From: Octopus vulgaris
Taxonomy: Eukaryota
DNA: 64,000 bases
Direction of reading: 5' to 3'
Assembly (NCBI GenBank): GCA_951406725.2
Contig: OX597815.1
Coordinates: 35,588,001 to 35,652,000, forward strand
Part shown: positions 1 through 12,217 of the stretch, piece after piece
How positions within the stretch are numbered: the stretch's first letter is position 1
Layout: each line of letters begins with the position of its first letter
The notes under the pieces: generated by a model
Seen by the model: the letters and a program-made list of their open reading frames with translations, nothing else
The model's database searches: none
Told to the model about the DNA's origin: nothing
Program-made: the position numbers and the translations under genes

Positions 1-1974
1 CTGAAGCTGGCATAACTTTTATCCCATTTTCAAATATGTACCAATAAAATAAACTTGTTCTGCTCTTCAAAATCTACAGCTTTGTTTCAATATAAAAATT
101 CTTTGATAGAACCTTTATATAAGGTGATGGATTAGCAGTAATGAGCACGTTGGAAAAACAGTATTTGTTCCAGCTCTTTATGTTCTGAGTTCAAATCCTC
201 CCATGATCAGTTTTGTCTTTCACCCCTCCAGGGTTGATAAAGTTAAATCAATATCAGTCAAGTACTAGAGGTAATAGTTTCAAGTAACCCCTCCCCTCAA
301 AACTATTGGCCTTGTGTTTAATTTATAAAAAAATTATTTGAACCTTTTGTAAGTGATGGAAGCAGTCAGACATTAATCTAAATACTTTAGAGACATCAAA
401 CAATATTACTTGCTTATTTAATTCTGGTGCTTTACATTCTGAGATCAAATCTTACAAAGGCTGACTTTATCTTTTGGGGTCAATAAAATAAAATACCTGT
501 CAAGCAACTAGAGTTGATTTCATTGACTATATGCTCCTTTAGAATTCTGGTCTTGGGCCAATAGTTTGAGTTCATTTCCATTCAGAGTCTACTCTATTTT
601 CCATCCCTGCAGCCTCAATAAAATACCAAAAAATATGTTATGGTCAAATTTATTAAATAATATTTTTATATTAAAACAATTAGTGAAGGGACAGACAAAA
701 ACACTGGAATGTTAAAGTATGTGTCAAGTTGTATTTAATTTCATACGTCAACATTTTAATTTCAAATCCCACTGGAATCAATTTTCAGCCTTTTATCTTC
801 TAAAAGTCACTAAAATAAGTACCAAATACATGATGTAATTGACTTAAATGACATTACCCATCCCTACACATCTTTGGCCCTGTGCTGAAACTAAATATTA
901 TCTAAGCATTCTTCTGCCTCAATAATGATTTCTAACAGTCAAAATTGCCATATATCATAAGGAAAGAAAGCAAGTTATTGATGAACCCCATTATTTAAGA
1001 GTATTCAACATTACAGGTTACGTCAATACAATTTTGACATATTGTTTTATATGTTAAAATTCCATCATGAAGCCAATTATTAAATGAAATACAATATTTC
1101 AACAGAGCTAATTCATTGTGCTAAGAGAAAAACCACAGTTCAAGGTCACTGGTGAAAGTTTGCATTGGCAAAACTACTTAATAAGATTCATAAAACAAGG
1201 AGGGGATCAGTTTTGATATTTCTCATCTCATCCATGTGTATACTAGTTTTTTGAACCGGTACATGTTAACCCTGTGTTGTAGGAAGTTGTATTAGGAAAG
1301 GCATCCTGCTATAAACCAATGTCCCACAAAAGTTCAATCTTGTTCATCCTGGCACAGGAAAGCAGACATAAAAACAATGACTTTGTCACAAGTACCATCG
1401 ACTATAACAAATATTCTCCTCACAAACTTAATTTATGAATGTTATGTCATAGAGTAGTTTCCACTGTTAAATGAAATAGTATATTCCTTTGAATATGCTA
1501 TGATATGCTGTTTATTTACACTACTGTAGATTTGGCTTCTCTTAACCATTTTACCCAAGTAGTGATATTCGTGAATAATGAACTTCCCCTTTCCCTCATA
1601 CTTTTACTCCTCATCTTCTAGTGTACAGCTGTTCCTTTGGAGTTCATAGTGTTGCAAGTTGCATTGCAACCTCAGTAATGCTGGTGGTATGGAAAAGTAT
1701 CTAATACACACTATAAAGTGGTTGGTATTTGGAAAGGCATCCATCTGTAGAAACCATGCCGAAGCAGACACTGCAATACAATGCAGTCTTTGGCCCCATC
1801 AGATCCCTTCAAACTATTCAACCCATGCCAGTATGGAACATGTACATTAAATTATGATGGTGGTGATGATGATGAACCCTTACACACTAACATGTAATAG
1901 ATATGATCCAATGACCAACAGATATTTACTAATATATGTTTATTTATATGTACTAATTTTCAAATGCTTTTCAG

Positions 1975-2095
1975 AACATTTTCCATGGTTCTATGAGTCT
2001 TGACCAGCTATATTCTGGTAGGCCAACAACTTCCTTGTGTGGTAACAAATCTCCTGTGTCTGGCCTCTATCTTTGTGGCAGTGGTGCACACCCAG
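1975..2095 (+). CDS. PYROXD2: PYROXD2-like oxidoreductase, penultimate coding exon
   Basis: ttttcag acceptor and gtatg donor. The 121 nt translate [40 protein letters not shown](G), matching the PYROXD2 C-terminal motifs NIFH.MSLDQL and [15 protein letters not shown]. Not in the ORF track; upstream exons were not found in the window. Confidence 0.93.
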
Positions 2096-2302
2096 GTATG
2101 TTTATTTTTTGACTGGAAGCTTACCTATATGATACAAAGCATTTGTAGTAATATTCAATCATTCTTTAATGAATTGGCAATTTTAAACTTACAAAGATTA
2201 TGAGAAATTGAGATAAAAATCTTGCCTGTTATTTTGTCTTTTATTCTTCATCTAACTTCTATGATTTTTAGGTATTTATTTAATATTTTATCTTTGATTT
2301 AG

Positions 2303-2376
2303 GTGGAGGTGTGATGGGTGCAGCTGGGAAACTTGCCGCTGAAAAACTTCTGAAAGATCTGAAGAAACTAAAGTGA
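2303..2376 (+). CDS. PYROXD2: PYROXD2-like oxidoreductase, terminal coding exon
   Basis: Follows a 207-nt GT-AG intron in the correct phase and reads (G)GGVMGAAGKLAAEKLLKDLKKLK-TGA. AATAAA at about 2514 and 2633 downstream. Confidence 0.93.
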
Positions 2377-4529
2377 AAACAATTCTTTTCTCTTCTAGTG
2401 TGAGATGAGGAAAATTTTAGTCTTCTGTTATAATTCCTTTGACACTTAGGATGCACAGAAGGAATATTAACTAACTACAGTATTTAGCTGATATTTTCTT
2501 TCATCAGCTCCAGAATAAAAGCAAAGATTGACCTCCAGCTCACAAAAGGCCATAACTAAACCCTGTTAGGCATTTTGTCTGCTGCTGTAATGATTTTGTC
2601 AACTGAAAAAGCATAACTAAAAAGGATGATAAAATAAACTAATGAAAAACTGAGGGAAAAAAATAACACAAATTTAAGACCTATATGTAATATATTGATT
2701 TCTTTCAACTTGTCTCTAAGATCCTACAGTTTCATGAGTGAAGAAATATAATGCTCAGGCATTCAGGCTTTTCCCAAAGGTGCTTGCAGTTTATGTAAAT
2801 GAATCTTTGTCAGTTTCAGCAATGTATATTTCAGTTGTTTAATCAATTGAACTATCTATTGAAGACAAATGTAAGTAATTAAATGTTCCACAGACACATG
2901 TATTCATAGCATAATTCTCAAACAGAATCATCATGACACAGTATGTGACAATGACGGGCCCTTTGAATCATGAGTAAAATCCATCTGATGGGTTTCTACA
3001 ATTTCTAGCTTTTCAATTCTATTCACAGCAATGGGTCTACCAGGGATTATGGCAAAAGATACCCCACCTTGTTCAAGATGTCAATGGTTGTAAGATTGAA
3101 CCTGAGATCTTACAATTGAAACTGGAATTTCTTAGCTTATATGAAAAATAAATGGCATAAAACAAGAATCAAAACCATATTGTCATATCTGTTTACCAAA
3201 ATATAGATAGATAGAGAGAGGGGGGGAGAGAAAGAGAGAGAAATAACAGGATTTTATGAAGTAGGGGCAGGTTGGATTGATTAAATCTGTTGATCTCAAA
3301 GGAATGAAAGAGAAGGTTGGCACCAATCTATAAATTCTATAATTCAGTCTCCAAATTTTGTTGACTTGCCTTTTCATTTTTGGTTTATTAAAAATTAATG
3401 CAGCATTATGAATATTTATTGCAGACCTACGCAAACTTGTTCTAAATTAATCTAAACATAAATCTTTGATTTGTCATGTTATGTATGAGGTGGATTGTTT
3501 GACGTCAATGTTACACTGTTTTAAGTCATCCTTGTTGGCTGAATGGCTGAATTAAACATAGCATCCGACACAAAACAATAAGATGCCAACAAAGAATTTT
3601 TAATGAGCTTTTCATGATGTATCCAATGACTTAATAAATGGGTAGTTTTACAGGAAAGTCTAAATATGTCAACGTCCTACATTCTACCTTTCAAAAACTC
3701 TTGTCTTGAAAACAAAAACAATAAAAATGTTCCAGATTTTGGTCTCTGTAAGAATGAGATCATGAGTAACAGAAAACTGATATGGGAAGATATAATACAA
3801 ACTGATACTTTTCTGTTTGTATATAAATATAATACCATTCACCATCTGCTACACATGATTATGTATGATCAAAGTATTTCTCCCGCTACTACCACTAATA
3901 GCATTTCAGGGTAGAATATTAACAGAAGGGTGAATACTTGCTTTTGACTTGTTTATCAAATATCTCATGTCTGTACCCATAATTTAAAATGTGTTCTACG
4001 TAAGTAGCAACCATAGTCATGTGTTGAGTTACAAAGAAAAAAGTAAATCAAAGCAGAGAACTTGACATGCTGGTTTATATTCCCAACTGTAAACATTCTA
4101 CTTAACATTGTCAGTGTCCCTCAAAAAGTGAAAATGTGCACTCTAATTTCTCCAACTTTATATCCAAAACATGTTGCCTGTAAACAAAAATTTAGTATAT
4201 TCTATATACCTACATTGATTTGTATATCATAATAATTTATGACAATGATGCTACACTGGTATTTTGTTTTTTTAGTTTGAACCCTCAGGTCTTTTAGCTT
4301 ATACACCTCCTAGATTGATTTTGCTTTTCAACCTCTGACATCTTGAAAACAATTCCAGTTATATAATTTGAGTCAATATTACATTACCTAGTTGAAAATA
4401 CAATGTATCTGTTTCCTATAGATGATGTCATTGAAATATTTACAATAATACTTTTTCAAAAAAGTAAAAAAATTTTTTTTCATAAAATACTGATAAATTA
4501 TTAATAGTAAATGGTGGCACATAAAAATC

Positions 4530-4768
4530 ACCATTTGAGCGTGGTCGTTGCCAGTACCGCCTGACTGGCCCTCATGCCGGTGGCATGTAAAAGCACCCAC
4601 TACACTCTCAGAGTGGTTGGCATCAGGAAGGGCATCCAGCTGTAGAAACTCTGCCAGATCAGATTGTAGCCTGGTGCAGCCATCTGGTTTGCCAGTCCTC
4701 AGTCAAATTGTCCAACTCATGCTAGCATGGAAAGCAGACATTAAATGATGATGATGATGATGATGATG
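4530..4768 (+). mobile_element. RTE-LINE-tail-derived short repeat ending in (GAT)n
   Basis: gttggcatcaggaagggcatccagctgtagaaac...catgctagcatggaaagcagacattaaa(tga)n. The same tail follows the RTE fragment at 5220-5670; decayed copies at about 1280-1380 and 1680-1875. Confidence 0.7.
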
Positions 4769-5219
4769 TCACAAAATATGGCTTTATAATTTCAAGTTCA
4801 GTATTTTTGACATTTACGTTTTTCGTAAAGCATTTAAATAAATTTCACTAAAACTCTATAAAGCCAATACTTAACCATGTTTTATACTGCCTTTGTGTAA
4901 TTAATTGAAAATTCAAAAATTGGAAATTAGATGGTCTTTCAACCATTTAATTTTGTGAAATTAGATGGTTGAAAGACAAACCTCAGTGTTCCACAGCTGA
5001 CATTCCTCTACAGATAGTATTTATCTCCACTCAAACGTGAATGTTCTATTAGAAGAAACTTTATTGCGTTAGTTACCACAAGGGAAGCTCTTATATTGTC
5101 TTTGGGTACAAAATGCACTCTTGTTTATATCACTAGTGGGGAATTAGATCCCTGCTACCTCCAACTCTGAGACCACCAAATCACGTGATTTTGACCTTGT
5201 TTGGTCTTGTCAGGCAGCA

Positions 5220-5670
5220 TATGGATAAGGACAGCTGCATAAAGGGCTGAGCTCTAATTGTGGAGGGTACCTGTGGAAGGGGTAGACCCAGGATGATGTG
5301 GGACGAAGTGATGAAGAAGGATCTCTGGATGCTGAGTCTCACTGAGGAAATGACAAGGGGCTGGGAGTTGTGGCAATTAGCTGTACTTGATAAGATGCAT
5401 CAAGCTAAGTAAAAATGCTGTCTTCCACACATACAGGTTTGTCTTTTCAGATGCTAGTGCCATTTAAAAAGCACCCATAAGGATGCTGCATTAACACACG
5501 TGTGTCAGTACTGCATAAACGCACCCAGCAATTGGCATTAGGAAGGGCATCCAGCCATAGAAACTATGCCTCAGTTGGAGTCCAATAGGCTCCCTGCTCA
5601 CCAGCTCCATGTCAAACTGTTCAACCCATGCCAGCATGGAGAGCAGACATTAAATGAGGATGATGATGAA
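5220..5670 (+). mobile_element. RTE-clade LINE 3' fragment
   Basis: Translates VEGTCGRGRPRMMWDEVMKKDL...EEMTRGWELW (RTE GRPR..W C-terminus), then 3' UTR and (GAT)n tail. Confidence 0.75.
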
Positions 5671-6447
5671 GGCCTGCTCACTCCCTCAATTTATACATTG
5701 TGTCTGGTGAGACTGGTGTTCTCTGAAAATGTTCAAAAACCCCAAATCCCCAGAGCATTACTGCGAGTGATTTCAAGGGAGTGGAATAGGCAAGTGTTCC
5801 AACAAACATCATCTGACATGTCAGTAAGAATACTAACTCAAAAACCTATTTTTTTATCAGCACACCTCTCACAAATGTCTCATAAATTGGAAAGCTAAGT
5901 TATCAAGATTGCAATATTTCAGTGTCATATTTCATTCAGTTACGGGGAGGGGGAATAATGTCTCATCCATTTCTGTCACATGCTTAGAGTTAAGTATTAG
6001 CTACAGACATGCTTTGGCCATATTGGAGCCTCACTAGTGGGGCATAATCAAACTTGATCAGGGGCATTTCCGAAAATATTTGCGAAGATTTTAACCATTT
6101 GCATAATTAAAAAGAAATAATAAATAAAATAAGCTAAGGGAAATAATTCAATTGCTCTGATGGCATGAATTTGGAATGACGTACGCAAGTTTTTGTTTTT
6201 TAAATTGAAATCTCCCTCGTAGTTGGAGAAAGAAAATAAAAACTTATCAGCAATTGTTAGTAACTCTCACTATTTTCGAACGAGCTGTGGTTGATTTCAT
6301 TATGCTCCTACGCTTATTAGAGTTATCCTGTTATCTCGGACTCCATCTAGCCAGTAGTAACAAAACAGATATTTGTGATTTTATTTTTTTGTCATATCAA
6401 GTCATGCGCATTTGTCTGTCAATGATTCAGCATTTATTGTCAGATAT

Positions 6448-6847
6448 ATTCTTTTCTACTCTAGGCACAAGGCCCGAAATTTGGTGGGAGGAGACCAATC
6501 GCTTAGATCTACACCAGTACGCAACTGGTACTTAATTTATCGACCCCGAAAGGATGAAAGGCAAAGTCGACCTCTACGGGATTTGAACTCAGAACGTAAA
6601 GACAAACGAAATACCTATTTCTTTACTACCCACAAAGGGCTAAACACAGAGGGGACAAACAAGGACAGACAAACGGATTAAGTCGATTACATCGACTCCA
6701 GTGTGTAACTTGTACTTTATTTATTGACCCCGAAAGGATGAAAGGCAGAGTCGACCTCGGCGGAATTTGAACTCAGAACGTAGCGGCAGACGAAATACGG
6801 CCACGCATTTCGCCCGGCGTGCTAACGTTTCTGCCAGCTCACCGCCT
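6448..6847 (-). mobile_element. tRNA-derived SINE family A, dimeric
   Basis: Head ggcggtgagctggcagaaacgttag, B-box gagttcaaattcc, and core gcctttcatcctttcggggtc(g/a)ataaa..aagtac present twice. The core resembles the Meta/MESC SINE domain as recalled. Confidence 0.85.
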
Positions 6848-7302
6848 TTATTATCATTGACTTCTTCATTCCATCTCGCCAGTTACACAAAGAGAGAGAG
6901 AGGGGGGATGTCCACCCTTTCCCCATATGCGCCGGTTTCTTTTTTACATTCTTGAACATCGCGCATTTGATCGAAACCTTGTCTGATTCTTATACTCGTC
7001 CAGTTGTGGGACTGTAGATTAATTTATCTATTTAAGTGACAGATGATAAAGCTTAGTTAACCGTTGAAAAATAACCTGTTTACGAGTCAATACTGAGCAC
7101 TTAACTTCAATGACTGCCACTTTGTAAAATGTTCCGGTGTAGGTTGTTTCTTTATGATATTTTAATGTTGAGGAATATTTGGAGAATAAGTGAAATGGGT
7201 ATTGAAGTATTGGTGTGATGTTAATCAACGTGATGTCCTATAATCAAATCAACTCCAACGTTGTTTAGATAACATTTATATTAACAGAAGTGTATCACAA
7301 TA

Positions 7303-7676
7303 CTAGTAGTATCGCCCGGCGTTGCTCTGGTTTGTTTCAACACTTTTGAATTGGAATTTTTGAAAAGTAAAACTTTAGCATTATGTAGCTTGTTATTCTC
7401 TTTAAGTGAACATTTTTCTGGTTGAAATAAACCGAAAAATGGCGACACAGCAGTCAAAAAATCGTAAAAAATAGGGATTTTCATAGAAAAAACTTCACCT
7501 TTTTTATGTAAATAATTTTTGGTGTTAACATGGTCCGATTTGAATTTTATCTTCTACAGAATGAAGAGCAAGCCTTTTTCTATCATACTCTCAATTTTGG
7601 TCAACTTGCGCCGCAGGGTCTTGAAGGCTACCGAACCTGCCACACACAGACAACTTCAGCTTTATATATATATAGA
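7303..7676 (-). mobile_element. Non-autonomous Helitron
   Basis: Minus strand starts TCTATATATA and ends with a hairpin (cc.gagcaacgccggg) then CTAG. Inserted between A and T, no TSD. Termini shared with 54530-54928. Confidence 0.85.
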
Positions 7677-8596
7677 TTTACATAATTACATAGTGGCTTG
7701 CCTATAGTGTATTGGTGATGTGCTACAAGCAAGTGTAGTTCGTAGTTGCATTACTAATAGAAAGGATTAGTTTTGCGTGAGAGGTGGGGAAAATACTTTA
7801 TCATTGTCGATGATGCTTTTTATCTGCGGTTGAAAAAACTTGTCAGTGCAACTTGTATGCACCTCTGGCTTGTTTTTCTTTAAGAATTAGCTGGTTATTC
7901 ATTTGTGCAGCGCAAGGTGAGGATATTGTGTTTGTGGTACGTGTTTAGAGAAGTGCATTGAAGGTAAAGTAATTCCTTTTAACACGTGTCTAACAGCAAT
8001 CAAGAATCCTGGAGACTTCTCGAACTTTGTGCTGACTTGGAGCAAATGCAAAAATTAATTCTACCCGAGTAAGTGAAACGAATACGTAAACGTTTAACAG
8101 TCATTGTTTTAAGTTAGTAGATACCACTGTGTATAAGTGGCAACAGCTCAACGAGAGTCCAGTTGTTGTTTAACTCAGTCGACTTAGACCCATTATCAAA
8201 GGCATTTCAACTACAGGAACTCCGACAGAAGTTTCATAAGGAGCATTAAAACTTCTTTTGGGATCAGGGAGAGGGAATCTCCTTTCAAACTTTGAGGAGG
8301 CGGGAGTTTTTTTTAGAGAGAGAAAGAAGTCAATGAACAGGTCGCGGTCTCAAAACGACGAAAATATTTTGACAAATTAAATTTAAATGTTGAAGTGAAT
8401 CTAACGGTTTTTGTGTGTTTCTTAAATGGCTTATAAACACTTTCCACGCTGCAATTATTTTCGTTCCAGCACACGATCTCAGATCAGGTCACTTGCTATG
8501 CAAGTACATCTCCGTAAGTCATTTATTAAATGTCAGTAAATGGAAATATATTAAATGTTTTCAAATTTGGCTTTGTATCTGTTTTAGGAATGTTTC

Positions 8597-8667
<71 letters not shown>

Positions 8668-8668
<1 letters not shown>

Positions 8669-9207
8669 GCATGCCATCAAAGTGACACTGGGGTAAAATA
8701 TACCAAGCCCAGTATAGCCATCATGACTACCTGTCTGATAAGGGTACACCAGGCACATGCATCATAACCATATGTGCGTGACATGGTGATCTCATATCAA
8801 GATAAACAGCACATGATCTTGCAGGTGAGGCCCAGTTAGAATTTTCTTCTGGTCGAGTAACCCATCCCTCTCAAAAGGTCACTGAATAAGGGTTGTTTAA
8901 GTATGTTGAATGAAACACCCATGCTTCCAGAGGTGAATTATTCAAACCCCAAAGAATCCCTCTCAACACATGGCTATGATGCTCCCCCACTACTTCTGCT
9001 CGTGATCAGAGATGCACATATCGTCAGCTACTAAGGGACATGCTCAACTGGTTACGGTCAAACAACTGACAAGCAAATCTGTGGTATTGAGCAGAACATT
9101 TGCTGTAGCCCATCTTTTATACCAAGACAAAACAATGTACATGATAACACTTCCAATCAGTTAAGATCAGAAGCCACCAGAGACACTGCCTGGTACTGCA
9201 TCAGGGC

Positions 9208-9209
<2 letters not shown>
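8668..9209. mobile_element. Non-coding element of about 540 bp embedded in (TAA/TTA)n
   Basis: Complex sequence with long (TAT)n arrays directly on both sides (8598-8668 and 9209-9279); no credible ORF. Confidence 0.6.
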
Positions 9210-9253
<44 letters not shown>

Positions 9254-9281
9254 GTTATTGTTATTATTATTATTATTATCT

Positions 9282-9543
9282 AAGGCAGCGATCTGGCAGA
9301 AACGTTAGCACGCCGGGCGAAATGCTTCGCGGTATTTCGTCTGCCGCTACGTTCCGAGTTCAAATTCCGCCGAGGTCGACTTTGCCTTTCATCCTTTCGG
9401 GCTCGATAAATTAAGTACCAGTTACGCACCGAGGACGTTGTAATCGACTTAATCCGTTTGTCTGTCCTTGTTTGTCCTCTTTGTGTTTAGCCCCTTGTGG
9501 ATAGTAAAGAAATAGGTATTTCGTCTGTCATCACGTTCTGAGT
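9282..9543 (+). mobile_element. SINE family A plus start of a second unit
   Basis: Head, B-box, core and tail ...gtaaagaaata followed by ggtatttcgtctg. Confidence 0.85.
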
Positions 9544-10333
9544 GGCAATGTATAGGTATGAGTAAAAAAAGAAAAAAGAAAGAAAGTATAACTATACACT
9601 TCAGCAGGCAGGACAAGACACGTTTGTACTCGTTTTGTGGATTAGTTTGATATAACAAGAGGATGTGGAGAAATGGAATGATATAATTATCGATATGAAT
9701 CATTGTTGACGTCATTAGGAAAACTTAGCTTACACATATACACTAAAAAATTCAATAAAAATTACAATTCAGGCAATAAACTATAAATATGTACATTGTC
9801 ACAATCAGGTACACATACATATATACATATACATATACATAATTATATGCTGACGTAAACGTAGACATTACACAAATAAAAATGGTAATATAGCATTACA
9901 TCCTCAATATTTATGACCATCACACATATTCTTCTAAATCTCTGACGACCTTTCATGGTGATCATATATTTTTTTACATTCCAAAACTCGTCATCACAAA
10001 TCCGGGTTTTCTTTACAGACAGAAATTTTCACCTTGAACAGATAGACGTAATGTATAAATGGTTGATGTGATCATCACGCATTCACATTCTTGAGAGGCA
10101 GTCACTCACCACCAGCCACTGAAGGAGCCACGAAGTGGTCATTCGATGTGCTAGAGACAGTAGGTAAATCTCTCAGCTACAAACTATCGCCTTAAAAATA
10201 GGAATAACCACATTTCATAATGTAGTCCCCAACCGAAAAAAAAAGTAATAATAATAAACAAGATGTTATTTCATGGTTGGACTGGGCCTTTAAAAGTGGC
10301 GTTCCAGAACCAAGACATCCAAGGAAAGACCCC

Positions 10334-10407
<74 letters not shown>

Positions 10408-10751
10408 AAAAAAACTCCCGCCCCCTTAAATTTTGAGAGGAGACTCCCTCTCCCTGATCCCAAAAGAAGTTTTATTGCTCCTTATGAAACTTCTGTCGGA
10501 GTTCCTGTAGTTGAAATGCCTAAGTCGACTGAGTTAAACAACAATTGGACTCTCGTTGAGCTGTTTCCACTTATACTCAGTGGTATCTACTAACTTAAAA
10601 AATGCATGCCTCCGAAACGTATTTCCTACACTCATCTCTCTTCGCGCATTCTAACAATGTCATAGCTCCCGGATTCTAAGCGCTTCGAAACTTATAGCAA
10701 TATATTTGGAATGCAGGGGAAAGGGGAAAAGTTAGTTACCCACCCTTTTAC

Positions 10752-10945
10752 TATTATTATCATTGTTACATTTCTCAAATTGATTGTATGTCGATATCTT
10801 TTGATCAGGAGCGAGTCATAACCATTGACCATGGGTCCTGTGAACTTTCTCATTCCAGTTACATTGACACAACTCTTCTCAAAATATTGGCTGTTCCAAG
10901 TAGTGCTGTTTTTCTGAAGTATCGGTGTTGATAGTGAATACAAGT
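10752..10945 (-). mobile_element. R4/Dong-like (RLE) LINE extreme 3' end
   Basis: KTALLGTANILRRVVSM* (R4/Dong-type C-terminus), short 3' UTR, then (TAA)-like tail. Confidence 0.75.
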
Positions 10946-11034
10946 TTGTCGAGCTACTTCTGAAATTAGTTTGTTACGGTTCCAAGTGCCCCTATTACAA
11001 GAGGTATAACCTCCACCTTCTACAGTTCCATAAT

Positions 11035-11960
11035 AATTATTATTCAGTAGTCTTATTTTAATCACGTACTTTCACTGCAATACCGAGCGCAACTCTGTGC
11101 TGTGGTTTGTTGTGATACTCTTATTTTTACAGTATTGAACGTGTTTTACGTAGGATGTGTGCGGTGCCTATTAGTGCTATTTTCTGTATGTTATATATAC
11201 TTGTTAATCCTGATATTTTTATTATGTATTTGTCTGAATATGCTTTTATCAAACCTAATGCACATGGCCTAGTGGTTAGAGCAGCGGTCGAGGGATCGCG
11301 GGTTCGAATCTCAGACCGGGTGATGTGTGTGTTTATGAGCAAAACACCTAAGCTCCACGCGGCTCCGGCAGAAGGTAATGGCGAACTTCTGCTGACTCTT
11401 TCGCCACAACTTTCTCTCACTCTTTCCTCCTGCATCTTGCAGCTGATCTACGACAGACCGGCGTCCCGTCCAGGTGGCGAACCTATTCGCTAAGGAAACC
11501 GGGAAACTGGCCCTTATGAGCCAGGCATGGCTTGAGAAGGAACAAACAATGCCTCGATTATGTGAGGAATTATTTCTGTTTTTAAACTCCACATTCGAGT
11601 TAGCTTTATTTCCAGAGTTTTGTATTTTGAAGAGAAACATTATCATCTGTTGGTATTGATCCATTGATTAGAAAGCACTTGTTTTCTTGTTGATCTCTGA
11701 CAACTATATCCGGCCTATTGGTCTTAATTTCTGGCATATCCCAGAGTATGGTTGCTTTCTCATTTTCTGTGACCTTTTCTTGTGTGTGCCTATAACATCT
11801 TTTTTCTGTTATTACTCCATAGAGTTGGCATAGCTTCCAGTGTATATAGATTATAACTCTGTTGTGTCTGAATATATTCCTTTTTAGTCAGACTGGGCAG
11901 CCAGAGACAATATGATTTATTGTTTCTTGTCCATCTCCACATATTCTACAGTTACTTGTA
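11035..11960 (-). mobile_element. R4/Dong-like (RLE) LINE 3' fragment, interrupted by a SINE
   Basis: Minus strand gives CRICGDGQETINHIVSGCPVL (CCHC), ILWDMPEIKTNRPDIVV (PD..D endonuclease) and IQKIALIGTAHILRK; ends in (TAA)n. Contains stops and frameshifts. Confidence 0.85.
11259..11549 (+). mobile_element. tRNA-derived SINE family B, tail type 2
   Basis: A-box tggcctagtggttaga, B-box ggttcgaatc, tail ...gagaaggaacaaacaa. Second copy at 40572-40875. Confidence 0.85.
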
Positions 11961-11964
11961 TTTC

Positions 11965-12140
11965 GGATCTTTTCCTTTTGATGGACGGAATTCAACACAA
12001 TTTCTAGTTAACTAAACAATTTGAAACTTCGTATACTGGTAGAATGTGTCAAAAGAAAACATTATTTTCACTTGGCTTTTTTGAGAAAATTGTAATTTGT
12101 AAGTTTAACGTAGTTTAATTCTTCGAATTTTAACCAATGA
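11965..12140. repeat. Unclassified interspersed repeat (GGATC-ended)
   Basis: Homologous in reverse orientation to 13340-13528 (aaacttc...actggtagaatgtgt; aaccaat). Confidence 0.6.
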
Positions 12141-12217
12141 ATTGCCAGTATTGAACTCCTAATGAATATATAACAAATGCTGTATATTTGTTTAAATAAT
12201 CAAAAATGAAATACGTA

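Larger units (their letters stand above)
8107..10600. repeat. Inverted repeat pair of about 210-220 bp (8107-8327 and about 10394-10600)
   Basis: ttttaagttagtagataccact...ggcgggagttttttttagagagag recurs as its reverse complement, with scattered substitutions and one indel of about 13 nt. Confidence 0.9.

Noticed and set aside
2000-2203. ORF-track 67-aa ORF
   Set aside because: Wrong frame; the real coding frame is the spliced PYROXD2 exon starting at 1975.
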